Positions 11,721-25,391 of a stretch of 64,000 nt of DNA are shown here, piece after piece; the stretch's first letter is position 1, and each line of letters begins with the position of its first letter. A program made the position numbers and the translations under genes. The notes beneath the pieces were generated by a model. The model saw only the letters and a list, made by a program, of their open reading frames with translations, was not told the DNA's origin and did no database searches. This DNA is from Mobula birostris (lineage: Eukaryota): the NCBI RefSeq assembly GCF_030028105.1, contig NC_092385.1:25758774-25822773 (forward strand). The letters run 5' to 3'.

Positions 11721-11726
11721 ATTAAA
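11721..11726 (+). terminator. Candidate polyadenylation signal ATTAAA for RPP14-HTD2
   Basis: First hexamer after the HTD2 stop; actual usage unknown. Confidence 0.3.
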
Positions 11727-14700
11727 ATTGTGATTTGAAAATGGATACTATATGATGTGAGATGTCAGTAATTATAATGGCTTTATGATTGTCATAGAAC
11801 AGTACAGCAGAGTACAGACATAAGGTTGTGTTGACCTATTAACCTACTTTAAACCCTTCCCTCCCACATAGCCTTCCATTTTTCTTTCATCCATGTGCCT
11901 TTCTAAGAGTCTCCTAAATGTCCCTAAATCTACTTGAACCACCATCCCCATCAGTGCCTTCTATGTACTTACCACTCTCTGTGTTTTTAGAAAAAAAGTA
12001 CCTGTAACATCATCTGCCCCCTATAATTTCCTTCAATCACTTTAAGAGTAAGACCTCTTGATTTTGGGAAATAAAATAATCTTTTGGTTTAATGGTGATA
12101 GAAGCCTTCTTATCCACCTGGCTTCTTCAGGCACTGCTCATTCAGGGAATAGAAAAGTTAGCATCCTTGTATATAAAAGTGTGTTCATGAAGCAGCTTTT
12201 GTGCTCTTTGGATATCCAAGACAGCTATATTAACAGTTAAGTACCTTAAATTGTAAATCACTGGGATAGGGAAGTATTGTCACCAATTTAACCAATAAGG
12301 CTTATCAAAAATATTGAATACAAATATTTGATATGAGATTGGTTAGGGAGAAAGCCAAGACAATAGGTGAACCACTCAGCTCATTCTTGAATAGCACACT
12401 CACCAGTTGAAACCTTGTTACAGTCTTACTTGAAAAGCTGGGCCTCCAACGGTTAATGAAAATCAAGAAAACTGATGCTAGAATTATGAAACAAATGAAC
12501 TTGCTTGCTGAGTTTCCAGCCTTTTCTGTTTTTGTAATGCACTGATTTGTCAGCATAGGATAATTGGTCAAATTACTATAGTGGTTCTTTAATCCACAAT
12601 CTTTTTACTTGGAAAGGGTACACACTGCCAGGCCAGGAACTGCATGGTTAGATACAATAATACATCAGCTGGATTCTGGCCATTTCTTAATGCAGAATTT
12701 GTCCAAGTCTGACATCAGGAAGCCATGATAAAGTTGAATAGAATTCAATGGAAAAGCTGCAGTAGCTAGTCATGCCCAGCTCAAATGAAGATCTGTATTG
12801 TTCTGATAGACCAATCGTTCTCAGCAGACTGAATCAAACCTGTCCTTTACAGAAAAGTTTGTTCTGAAGAGCACCTTCAACATTAGTAAATTGGTCTGCA
12901 GTCTTCACAGGTTTTTGAAGCCTTGCAGAAAAGAAGATTCTGGATATCTCCCCAAGCTGACTGTCAAAGTCACCTTGCAGAATGCTTCAACACTAGAACT
13001 TCCAAATGACTGCTTGAAAATGGTGCAAAGGGCTCTCCATGTCAGAACTTCTGTGCACAATCATACTTTATTCTCCAATATACATTGTCCTAGAGGTATC
13101 TAAACTGAGGATTTAGATCATTGAACTAGAACTTGAATTTGCCAAGAGTGTTCTGGAAAGAGATGTGGTGTTTGTTCAGCTCCTGCTAAACAATTGCCTT
13201 ACCTAGAACTTGGTAAACCATGCCCAGTAGTCTGCTTGAATCTTTTATCAATGCAGCAGAAGGCATTCTATCTGGATCCATAATGGCTTGGTAAGGCAAC
13301 TGCTCAGTGTGTGACTTCTAATTGATAACATAACAGAGAAAGAGACAGTGCAGTTTACAGCAAATCAAGAATGTGATAGACTATACTTCCTCTACCTGAA
13401 TAAAGTACAGGTAATGTTCAAAGAGCTTCATGTTACACAGTTCATATCCACTAATGAACATTTTTCCCTCCATTGTGTCTATCATCCATGAAATGTAATG
13501 CCAGATCATACTGAAGCCTCTTTGAGAGGAGCTCCCAAATACCAAACACATAACCTTCTCAATTTTCCCTCCCAAGTTTACACTATTCAGACTTTAAAAA
13601 TATACCACAAGGCACTCCTTTATTGTCACTGATTTTAAACAATCCTGCAACCCATAAAGAATATTGTAGTTCAGGTGGACTGCACTGAGCTGCACAGAGC
13701 TCATGATAAAACAAAATAAAATTGTATACAGTATATTGTTTCCAGTCTCAAGAACTACAACAATCCAGGTATTTTATTAAATTTGGCCATTTGGATTGGG
13801 GTCTATTTTGTCACTTTTCTAGTATTTTAACTTACTTGATGCTTGCTTATATGTTTGTATAAATCAACAGTTCATAAGTGGATTTTCAGTAATTTGTTGT
13901 ATAGCTTGCTCTGTATTTTTACATTTTCTTTATAAGCTGTTCTTGTCAAAAGAATTTTCTCATCTCTCCAGTTTGAGCTAGTTCTCAGTATAAACTCAAC
14001 CAGAAGACAAGGTTTGCTATTCTTTCTTTGTTTCTTTAATTGTTCTTTCCTACTTACATTAGAGTGGATTGGCTACTGTTAGAAGTTTAGAGTAGAATTA
14101 AACCCAGGTATTTTGTAAATCCTATATCTAACCCATTATTTTGTTGGATCCTATCATTACTAATACAGCTTTACATTATTGAAGTGCTTAAAGTGAAAAC
14201 CCGTTCTAAATTTATTAGTTCATCAAAGGCTGCTATAACAGGCGCTCTTGGCTATTCCATACGCACAATAAAATTTTAGGAATTCCAATTCTAATCACGT
14301 TTGGAAGACTTGGTGATTGTAATACACAAAGTGGGCACATGATGGCACTAAAGATCACTGGTTTCGGTTTACACGTTACAAATTGGACAAAATGTAGACT
14401 GGTGTTTTCAAATGTTTGAACACTGAAATTATGAGGACATTTCTGAAATGGAGAGACCAGTTGAATTTCACTGCAGCATCCAAATCTAGTGTTTCAAAAT
14501 ATGTAGTTTAATTATACAGAGTAGCAACATTCTTTGCACTGACCTGCAGCTGAGGTTTGAACATCCTGGGCCACAAAGCTATTAGGACCAATATCAAGGA
14601 TTTGAATTTACTCTGTGACGGTAGGGATGGATGGTGTCAGTGTACATGTAAAAACCGACACTGTGGATGAAATTGTTTATGTGCATTTATGTAAGTGGGA

Positions 14701-16713
14701 AGGGAGGTGGAGGAAGAGGAACGTTTGGGTATAGGAAATAATTCTATTGTTGTAGATATCAGTATTGTACAAAGAGTGAAGTCTAGAGTAAGAGTTCAGC
14801 ACGGACTAGGAGGGCTGAGATGGCCATATGGTTATATGTGTAGCTTACAGGATATATGTTGGAGGGCAATTGAGAGAAACATAATTGGAGGGTTTGACGA
14901 GACATTTGCAGGGAAAATGGACGTCGGTATATGAGGTGATGTGCATTCAAAAGTTACAAGAGCAAAAGGTTCTGAGATGGGATAGCTGTGAGAACGAGGG
15001 AGCAAAGGGTGGAGTTTTTTGATGAGGGAGGTGCTACAAACATCTTTAAAAATGAAAGAAACAAGTGAAAAATGTGAGTTATGATGTTAAGATAAGAGTG
15101 ATCTTGGGTCAGTGGTGTAAATTGCACAGATTAGCTCATCGCCATTTCTATAATAGATGATATTCTTAGTGATTAAATAATACATCAGTTTTCACATTTT
15201 GGAAGTAAATGAAGGGCTGGAGAGTGACTTGACAACCCATAGGTCACGTTATAAGATGACAAAAATGCAATTCCACGTAGCAACAGTGTAAGTAAAAACG
15301 GAGGCAGTGCACAGTTGATAGAAAGTGTGTGCATTCTCAGCAGCAGCAACTTACTTAACTGAGGCAGTTAACAGCTGATTACACACTGGACAGATACTAT
15401 TGAAACTTGTAGAATTCTTACAGGCTTTTGTCAGTGTTTCTTTGGGCTAAAATGTCTAGAACAAGGTCACAGATTCCAAATAAGGCTTTGTTGGATCTAG
15501 AGTTGATGTTATCCAGGTCAAGAATGAGGCATCAATCTTATGGAAATAGCCATTTTATTACATGTTCATTACAGCACAGATGTCACCGTATATCAGCAAG
15601 TAAAATGAAGAAACAAAGAAATTGTCCTCCTGCTCTTGCTTTGTACTGCAAACCAATCTAAACCAGTGAGATAAGACAGTCAGTGGGGGAAAAACTGATT
15701 GAGTTATACTGCCATAGCACTTCAGGTTTACAGAGAGAAATACAGTGCCAGGTATGCTCCAAGTTACTAGATGCTTACAAACAGATGGTTATATAGTCAT
15801 ATCAGCAAGTGTAAAGAAAATTAAAACTTCAAGAAAAATAGCAATCTGGGCCCTTTGATTCTAAATACAACATTTTGAATCATTACACCTGAAAATATAG
15901 AGATAGAAAAACCTCCGGCATCAGTGCCTCGTGTAAGACTTAATCTAGTTTTAAAAAAAACATCAAAGGGTACTCGTTCAGATAATGTCATAATTAGGTG
16001 GATGAGATATGTGTAGTTTCTGAATTCTGGGTAGGAAAATTCACATGAGGTTGGATAGCTCTATCAGTGATTGCCCTTATACAAGTAAGATGTAAACTAT
16101 AATGAGGCATCCAAGAGCAAACTTGTAACATCAGTGTCCCTATTTCCCTAGGGCTGATTTGATTCAGTCAAAGGAATCTCACCTATCCAATTGATATATC
16201 TTGGTTGCTTCTTTGTGAATATGATCAGCCAAATCATATGCATCTTTGAGCTCTTTAGTTATGCAAGTACAACACTCTTTACATATACTCTGTAACTGTA
16301 CATGATCCCCTCTTAAAACCTAAGAGAAGATCTAATGCCATAGGATTGTAGAACTGTTTGATGCACTGCAAACATTCCTTCTGTAACTTTGTGAGGGATC
16401 AGCAGTGTCATTGCTTAATTTTTCTAAGATGCATCAGCACTTAATTTCCTTTATAGATCTTGCAACACCATACATTGCTGCAAATCAACTTCCCTCTGAG
16501 ATGTCATGTTTGTGACCGGACTCAGCATAGTAAAATAAACTTTGTAGGGGTCTCATAACAGGGAAGGCAAAACCCAAATAACAGGATACTGACCAATTAT
16601 GTGAGAGGGAGGGACAAGCTCCATCTTTACACATAAACGTGTTCCTCTCTGAGTTCAAACAATTTCTTAGTAATTGACAGGAATCTTGTTACATTGTGGT
16701 ATTCTTACAGTGG

Positions 16714-17053
16714 TTCTTACAGCGCTGTGTTGTAGGCGATCATGGTCTTTCCATGACCATCACCGTTCTTGGCTAGTTTTTCTACAGAAGTGTTTTGCCA
16801 TTCTGGGCAGTGTTTTCAAGATGGGTGACCCCAGCCATTATCAATACTGTTCAGAGATTGTCTGCCTGGTGTCAGTGGTGGCATAACCAGCATTTGTGAT
16901 ATATATGTACCAGCTGCTCCCATGACTTCACATGACCCTGATAGGAGGACCAAGCAGGTGCTGCACCTTGCCCAAGGGTGACCAGCATGCTAGCGGAGGG
17001 AAGGGGCATCTTACACCTCCTTTGGAAGAGACATATCTCCACCCCGCCACCCC
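16714..17053 (-). mobile_element. Short non-autonomous retroelement (RTE-associated, inferred)
   Basis: Perfect 13-bp TSD ATTCTTACAGTGG (16701-16713, 17054-17066); non-coding; structured GC-rich 5' end beginning GGGGTGG. Confidence 0.75.
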
Positions 17054-18674
17054 ATTCTTACAGTGGATATTCTCAATAAAGATTCCATAATCATTATTCC
17101 ATTTAGGACAGTGATACATACAGTTACATGAACTATACCCCACTGTGAGGTTATATTCAGAACTCATGTAAAAGGCATCCTTTACAATGAACACCTGAAA
17201 GGATGTGGCAACCTTGTCACTAATCTCCAGTTTAGGCATAGACTTACCCCAGATGAAAACGTGGTTGGGATTGGTCTCAAAATAATTCAATAGGTGAGAT
17301 AGATATGACTGGCACAAATTCACATTTATGGTGTAAGTATAGCAAATTCGCATTATTTAGAGGATTTCATTTGTGAACAAGACAAGAAACCATTTTGACA
17401 AAAGATAGTAACTCACAGTAACTTTTCAACAACTGAGCTTTATTGTGCATCTGCTTCTCATCTGAAGAAAGAGGTAGTACTTGTTTTTGCACAATTTGTT
17501 TTCACACAAATAATTGAAACCATGAGAATCACTGTTCATTTGACAGTAGATTATGACTTATTATTATTAACTTTTATCTGTTACTGCTCAGTTGATGGTA
17601 AAGCAATACAAAAATAAACCTGAGGAAATAAAGTTTAACAGAACATATATTTAAAATCTCTGTGCCAAAATAACAAAGGACATAAAATTGTATAGAATAT
17701 GTACAGGCATTTTGATCCAACCAGATTGTGTTGGCTCATACTTCAGATGAGTTTCCTTCCATGTTTCCTGTTTCATGGCAGACCTTGAGTACATCTTTCA
17801 ATTCCCTTTTCCCTCAAATACTCATCTAGTTTATTCTCAAAATCATCTACAGGATTTGTCTTCATCACTTCCTATAACACTACGCTCCAATTTCAAACCA
17901 CTTCAATGAAAAGAATTTTCTTTATTCTCCTGTGTGATTGCTTGGTTACTTATCACATAATCAGTTCCCTTGTGAGATTACAACTTGTGCAAAAACAAAA
18001 ACCATTTCTATCTGACTTTATGCCACTTTAATTAAGGATAATTTGAACAGATAACAAAAATACCTCTTAAAATGGTGGCATAGCTGTGGTTCCATAAATG
18101 TTATATACTCCACTGTATTTAAACACCCTGAGTATATTATTATAATGAAACATCTTTTGAAGAAGCACTGACTATTCTCCTTCCAGGCAAATTGGGTAGA
18201 AATGTTCCTGGCTTTGAAGAGCTAAACATTTTTTTCTCATTCTGTTTTCTTGTTTCATAATGAATTATATTGGTGGGTGCAGATTGCAAATCACCAATCC
18301 AAATCAAGAATTTTTTGACCATTGATTGTGATTTTCACAGGATACTGCTACTTGCTGAGATGCTGTGTATGGCAATGACCACTATTCCTAATATGCTGCA
18401 ATTTTCAGCATTGATTTATTGGTGAGGATTGCAGGATGTATCTGGCAGCAAGTGTTGTGGAATCTAAATAATATGCACTTATATCAATGCCAGCAATTTT
18501 TTAGTGGTGGAAAGTGAACACAAGATTGACAATAACTAATATAGCTTGTTTGCCTTCATGGTGCAAACAAAAGATAGAGACAAAAATCTATGAATCTAAG
18601 GAGGGTTTTTCAATTTCTCTTGTTAGATACCTTTGCCAGATTATGAAAACCCATTTTATAGACACACGTACATA

Positions 18675-18937
18675 CAGGTGAGTTCCCACAATATTATCAA
18701 AATCAAAAGACCAACATACACATATACTATCGTTCCTACGAGGCCAGATCTCACACTCTACATTTGGTAATTGTTCTTGCTTATCGGTGGTATATTTTTT
18801 TTTATACCATTTATTGAAATATTGCGAAGGTATGGTTACAATATTGAGTGATTTTTGAGTATTTTCTGACTTAGAGACAAAATCGACTTATAGATGTCTG
18901 TAAAAATAGAAACTGTTCATTACCTAGGAATGGCCTG
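18675..18937. mobile_element. Old Tigger-like MITE
   Basis: TA-CAGG...CCTG-TA ends with degenerate TIRs. Confidence 0.45.
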
Positions 18938-19529
18938 TACTGATGAAGGCTGCGGTAAGTTGAAGGCAGTCATGCAACAAGACTTGCTGTAATTTTCTTG
19001 GGATTGTTGTACGGTTAAGATCATGTGCATAGTCCCTTTTGAAGGACAGAATCAAAGAGTGGCTTTTCAGATACTGGAAGAGGTGGCCGAGGAAGGACTG
19101 GCCATGACTTTAACTGTGGAGCACGGAAATGAGCCTCCTCTGTACATATGACAGTTGGGCCCAGCTTCTTGAAGATAGACACAGTTACAGCATCTCTGAT
19201 ACTCTTGTGGTGTCTTTAAGTCCTTTGGGGTTCCTACTAGCTCAGGCAAATAACAGAGGTAGAACTATCACCAAAAATATCCTTTGTTGACAATTGTCAA
19301 CTTACAGCTGTATCGGAACATATCCTGTCCCAGTTTCAGTTCTTAAAGGTACACTGACACTCATGTACATATGTACAATCAATTTAGCATTTGGCATGGG
19401 GAGTGTTTAAACATCATGTGACTTACATATTGAACTGGGAGTGAATTGATATGATTGAGAAGTAACAGAAATAATGGTGTTAAATCTGGTAAACATTGAG
19501 AATTAATATATTTCTTCTCACGGCAGACC

Positions 19530-19860
19530 TTCGTGATTGAGGTGACTTGCTTCCTCTCCAGTTCTGTGGAATCCAAGAGGCCAATGAGGGAACAACAAAC
19601 AGGGATGCCCCTGTTGAAGGGGGATGTGTGGCTGATGGTATGGGTGTATCTGCTCTTCCTGTCTTTACACAGGGCCTCTGTGTTCTCCATATATATAGCT
19701 TTGAGACTCTCTATATCGTGCTGTATGCTCCCTTATCATTTTGGGTAGTCACGGGCCAGAATTTCCAAGGAGTCAGTGTGAAACGTGTATTATATTTCTT
19801 AGAGGAGGAATTGAAAACATTTTTGAATCTTTTCCTCTGTCCACCTGACATTCTTGTGGA
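19530..19860 (-). mobile_element. RTE-like LINE 3' fragment
   Basis: Minus strand encodes GGQRKRFKNV, resembling the RTE GGQ.KR.KD C-terminal motif. Confidence 0.55.
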
Positions 19861-20022
19861 GTGATACAGCTCAACGCCTGATGAGCTCAATGCTTTTTAT
19901 GCATGCTTTGAAAGGAAGAATAAAACCACACCTGCAGCATCTGGTGACTGTGTGATACCTTCCTCTGTGATACTGAGCTGAGACCGTTCATCAGGACTGG
20001 AAAGGAAGGTGGAATAAGCCAG

Positions 20023-20048
20023 AATAATAATAATAATAATAATAATAA
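20023..20048 (+). repeat. (TAA)n microsatellite
   Basis: About 8 AAT/TAA units. Confidence 0.9.
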
Positions 20049-23000
20049 AGTTCCTAAGAATTGAGAAATGAGTGTGCTTGGCTATGCCTGTACCTCAGAT
20101 TTTACCAACTTGAGCTGAGAAAAATAGAAACGAATAACAACAATAACCAAACAAATTATACTTGACACACCTTCTATAAATGGGCAATTTAAAATTATAT
20201 GTTCCTTCATCAGTAAAGCTAAAGCAATGAATTCAAATAGAGCTATTTTCAAAAGAGATAAACATGAACTTCGAACTAGTTAAGTGCAGAGCATTAAACA
20301 TAAAGAAAAGTGCAAAAGAGCTAGTAGACTATAAAATAGACCAATTGGATACTATACAAGTGATGGATGAATATGAAACATATAAGTGCTGTATATGTGA
20401 TATCAACAGGCAAAGAAAATAGATCACAGTGCGATAAAGGGAAAACTTGACAGAATTTACTTCAAGGCTTAAGAAAATCTGCCACATAGAGCTCAATAGT
20501 AAAAATACAACAAAGGCAATAAGCACTTTGCTATACCCATATTAATGTATTCTTTTGGCATAATATCTTAGTCTGAAATTGATCCGGAAAATTTACAAAG
20601 AAAAATAACAACTGAACTAATAAATTTTAGAAAATACTATGTACACTTGAATGTACTTCAATTAACACTACCTACAACAGAAGGAGGAAGAGGAATAACA
20701 GACATGAAAAATTTGCGCTACAGTCCAATAAAACTTTTAAGAATGTATTTTCATCAATGAAAACAGGATTCAGCACTCCACACGAACATATGGAATACTG
20801 TTAAGAAACACACACTACTAAACTTGAAAGCACGACCCAGAAAAATGAAGACAAATGAGAAAAAGTTAACCAATGGGAGAGCATGACTCACCATGGAAGA
20901 CATCCCTGCAATCTAAACAGACGAAATGTCGACAAGGAAGCATCGAATGCCTGGCTCAGAGTTGGAGACCTCTCCCCAGAAACAGGGATTCCTTCTGGCT
21001 ATATGGGACCAGGTGATTACCACAAAAAATGATCAAAAATACATCATAAAAGACCAACAAATTCAAAATGATTAATGCAGAAAATGCGATGGAAACCAGA
21101 AACAATCCAACATATTACAGGATCCTGCAGCAGTTTAACTCACTGTCTTGTTCAACTGCATCTATGTATGGTTTGAATGATAATTAAACTTGATTTGATT
21201 TGATTTGAACTCAATCTGATTACTTACACATGCACAATCAAGAAGCAAACATCATTCGCCAAAATCTTGCTTTAAAATGCAAACTCATAAAAGACACCAA
21301 ACATAGAGCATAGAACAATACAGTACAGGAACCCACAATGTTGTGCTGAACCAGTAAAAAGCAAATCAAAAACACCCAAACACTAATCCCTCCTACCAAC
21401 ATGCTCTATATCCCTCCATCTTCCTTACATCCACGTGCCTATCCAAACATCACTTAAAAGCCTCTAATATATTTACCTCTACTGCCATTCCAGGCATCCA
21501 TCACTCTCTGAGTAAAAAACTTACCGCTCACATCCCCTTTGAACCTAACCCCCTCAACTTCAATACATGCCCCTGTAATAGATATTTGAACCCTGCGAAA
21601 GTCATTCAATGTCTGCTCTAACTATGCCTTTCATAATATAAACCTCTATCAGATCTCCCCTCAGCCTCCACCACTCCAAAGAAAGCAACCCAAGTTTATC
21701 CAGCCTCTCATGATAGTGTATGTCCTCTAAACCAGGCAACATCTTGCTAAACTTCTTTTGCACCCTCTCCAAAGCCGCAACATCCTCCCTATAGAGAGGT
21801 GACCAGAACTGTACTGCAATACTCCACATGTGGCCTAACCAGGGTTTTATAAAGATGCAATATAACCTCTTGACTTTTGAGCTCAGTGCTTCAACTTATA
21901 AAAGCAAGCATTCCATAAGCCTTCTTAACCACCTTATCAACCTGTGTAGCCACTTTTAAGGAACTATGAACTTGGATGGCAAGATCTCTCTGCTCAGTAA
22001 CATGGTTAAGAATTTGGGTATCTAGGTTAAACTCCATCTGCCATTTGTCTGCCCATATCTGCAACTGAGCTATATCGTGTTGTATTATTTGCCAGTCTTC
22101 TGCACTATCCACAACTCCACCCATTTTGGTATCATCTGCAAACTGACTAACCCACCCATCTACATTTTCATCTGAATCATTTACAAACAGTATGTCACAA
22201 ATAGCAGAGGTCCCAGCACAGATCCCCACTCACTGCCCTCTCTCTTCTATGCACGAGCCAGTTCAGAATCCAAACAGCCAATTCTCCAAGGGCTCTGTGC
22301 ATCTTAACCTTCTGGATTAGCCTCACATGAGGGACTTTGTCAAACAGCTTACTGAAATCCATGTAGACGACATCCACTGCCCTACCCTCAACAATCTGCT
22401 GGCTCTCCCTAATTAGGTCTTGGGTTTCCAAGTGTTCATGCACCCTACCCTAACAATTTTCTCTGGCAATTCCTCTACAAATGACATGAGACTCATTGAG
22501 CTATAGTTCCCAGAATTTTGCCTTCTTCCCTTCTTAAACAGAGGCACAACATTAGCCACTTGCCAGTCCTCTGGGAACTCACCTGTGGCTAGAGAGGATA
22601 GGAAGATACCGGTCAAGGCCCCAGCAATCTCGTCTCCTGCTCCTTCAATAAACCATCAGGCCCTGGGACTTATCCACTTTAATACTCATTAGGAGGCCCA
22701 ACACTTCCTCCTCCTCGACCTCTAAACACCTTAACATATTTATCCACTCAGTACTGATCTCCTAGTCCTCCATATCCTTTTCCTGGGTAAATATTGAAAC
22801 AAAGTACTCACTAAGTACCTCACTCACGTAAATAAATACAAGCTTGATCCAGTTTTAGAGTCAGGGTCCTACAAATTATATTACCACTGATCCATTATTA
22901 CAGATAGGACAATCTATAATAACCATCTGGATATAATATCATCCCAAAGTCACTACACAATAGCATTAAACAAGTAGCCCAACACAGCAATATTTATGTA

Positions 23001-23134
23001 AATCTTCAGAAAGCCATAATACTAAACACCACGAGAACAGTCTGAAAGTCCCTAGCAATTGAGAAATGAATGTGCTTGGCTATGCCCATAGTTCAGGTTT
23101 TATCAGCTTGTGCTGAGAATTTAAAAAAAAATAA
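20048..23134 (+). mobile_element. R4/Dong-clade non-LTR retrotransposon remnants (RT C-terminus, CCHC, RLE), interrupted by CR1 and a short LINE tail
   Basis: Frameshifted motifs ELNSKNTTKAI, LTLPTTEGGRGITDMKNL, GFLLAIWDQVITTK, CRKC...ETIQHITGSC...HNQ and SIITDRTIYNNHLDII; adjacent to (TAA)n. Confidence 0.8.
21301..22828 (-). mobile_element. CR1-clade LINE fragment
   Basis: PEDWQVANVVPLFKKG, VDVVYMDFSK.FDKVPH, FADDTK, QFWSP..R.DV.ALERVQ. Confidence 0.92.
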
Positions 23135-24495
23135 CTTTATTTATATAGCTCTTTTCATACATTAAGATGCAGGTTCAAAGTGCTTTACATAGATTGTAAA
23201 TATAAATCAAAATAGTCATAAAATACTAGACAAAGTCAAAAATCATTAGACAAACATTATATAGAATAAATTGTAATTGAATATACCAAATTATATAAAT
23301 TTAACCAACATCAACAGGCAATAAGTAGGCCAAATTAAAGAAGTAGGTTTTTGAGAAGTGTTTTGAAATATTTCACAGTACTAGCCTGGGTTATTTCAGT
23401 CGATACAGTATTCCAGATTTTTGGTGGATCAGAGTAAAAGGCTGTATCACCAGTTCTTATACAATCGTTTGTATGCTTGGCTCTACGAACACTAAGCAAA
23501 CCAGTATTCGCAGATCTAAGATTATGATTAGGGACGTAAGAGGATAGACACTCAAATATATAGAGGAAATAGATTATTCAGAGCCTTATATACAATTAAA
23601 AGTATTTTAAAATTGATCCTAAGGGCACAGGCAGCCAGTGAAATGATGCCAAAACAGGTGAAATGTGCTCAGATTTTCATTTTTTGGTTAAGATTCTTGC
23701 TGCTGCATTTTGAACGAGCTGCAGCCAATTTACATCTTTCTTAGCAATCCTGAAAAGAGTGCAATACAGTAGTCTAATCGGCTAAAAATAAAAGTGTGCG
23801 TCAATTTTTCTGCATCTTGAAATGTTATAAGAAATCAAACTCTTGAAATGTTCCTTAAAGAAAGAAAGCAGTCTTAATCAAATGGTTAATATGTGATTTG
23901 ATATTTAGCTCAGAGTCAATAATAATACCTAAATTCTTTACTTCTTCTCTTGATTTTTAATGCCAAACAATCCAGTTTATTTTTAAGATTCACACTTTTT
24001 TATTGCTACCAATAACCAAAATTCCTTTATTTAGTTTAAGGAAATTCAAGCTCATCCATTCTGTAATGCTAGTAAGTCAACAGACCAGAGGGTGTAGGGC
24101 CTCAAGGCCATCTGGTGTAAATACAGTTGTGTGTTGTCTGCATAGATGTGGTAATTCACCTTCTGTTTTGAAATAGTCTGACCTAATGGGAGCATGTCAA
24201 GTGAAGGCAACAACCATAGCTAACAAAGAATTTTCTTCCTGTTATAAAAGATTAAAACAAGTGTGAGGCAGTACTGTACCCGAAAACCTACCCAATGACT
24301 AAGGCAGTTTATGAGAATGCTGTGATCGATGGTATTAAATGCTGCAATCAAATCTCAGAGAACAGGAGTCCAAGAGAACCTGCATCGGTATTAAACCATG
24401 AATCATTAACTACTTTAACCCGTGCAGTTTCTGTACTATGATTTGATCTAAAACCTGACTGGTACTTGTCAAGTAATCACTCAATTGTGGAAAAA
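23135..24495 (-). mobile_element. L2-clade LINE fragment
   Basis: Minus-strand remnants DLIAAFNTIDH, HIYADNTQLY, VKNLGIIIDSEL, LQLVQNAAARILT, LASFHWLPV. Confidence 0.8.
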
Positions 24496-25391
24496 TGACT
24501 TTATCTAAAATTAAAGAATGTGGGGGGAGGGGATGGAGTACAGGCCAGAAGGTGAGTGGAGGAAATGAAGGAATGAAGTAAGAAGATGAGAGGTGATAGG
24601 TGAAAAAGGTAAAGGGCTGGAGAAGAAGGAATCTGATAGAGAGTGGACAATGGGAGGAAGGGAGGGAGGAGAGGCACCAGAGGGAGGATATGGACAGGTA
24701 AGGAGAAGATATAAAAGAGGAGCCAGAGCGGGGAATTGAAGAAGTGAGGAGGGGAGAGGGAAAAATTACCGGAAGTTGCAGAAATCAATGTTCATACCAT
24801 CAAGATGGTGGCTACCCAGACAAAGTTGCTCCTCCAAACGGAGAGTGGCCTCATCGTGGCAGAAGAGGAGGCCATGGACTGACATGTCAGAATGGGAATT
24901 GGAACTAAAATGGTTGTCCACCTTGGGTGGACTTTGGTTGTCCGTCCTGCTTTTTGCGGATGGAGAGGAGATGCTCGACAAAGCAGTCCCCCAATTTATG
25001 TCGGGTCTCACCAATACAGAGGAGGCCATATCGGGAGCACTGGATACAATTGACGACTCCAGTAGATTTACAGGTGAAGTGTTGCCTCACCTGAAAGGAC
25101 TATTCGGGGTCACGAATGGAGGCAAGGGAGGAGGTAAATGAGCAGGTGTAGCACTTCTCCCACTTGCAGAGATGAATGCCAGGAGGGAGATTAGTGGGGA
25201 GGGATGAATGGACAAGTGAATCAGGGAGGCAGTGATCCCTACGGAAAGTAGAGAGTGGTTGGGAGGAAGGAGGTAAATATGTGTTTGGTGGTAGGGTCCC
25301 TTTGAAGATGGCAGAAGTTGCGGAAAATGATGTGTTGGATGCTGAGGCTCATGGTGTGGTAGTTGAGGACAAGCGGAACTTTATCTCTGTT

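Noticed and set aside
12300-13600. Non-repetitive-looking stretch downstream of HTD2 as a possible extra gene
   Set aside because: Only short ORFs with no recognisable motif or exon chain; may be 3' UTR or old repeat.
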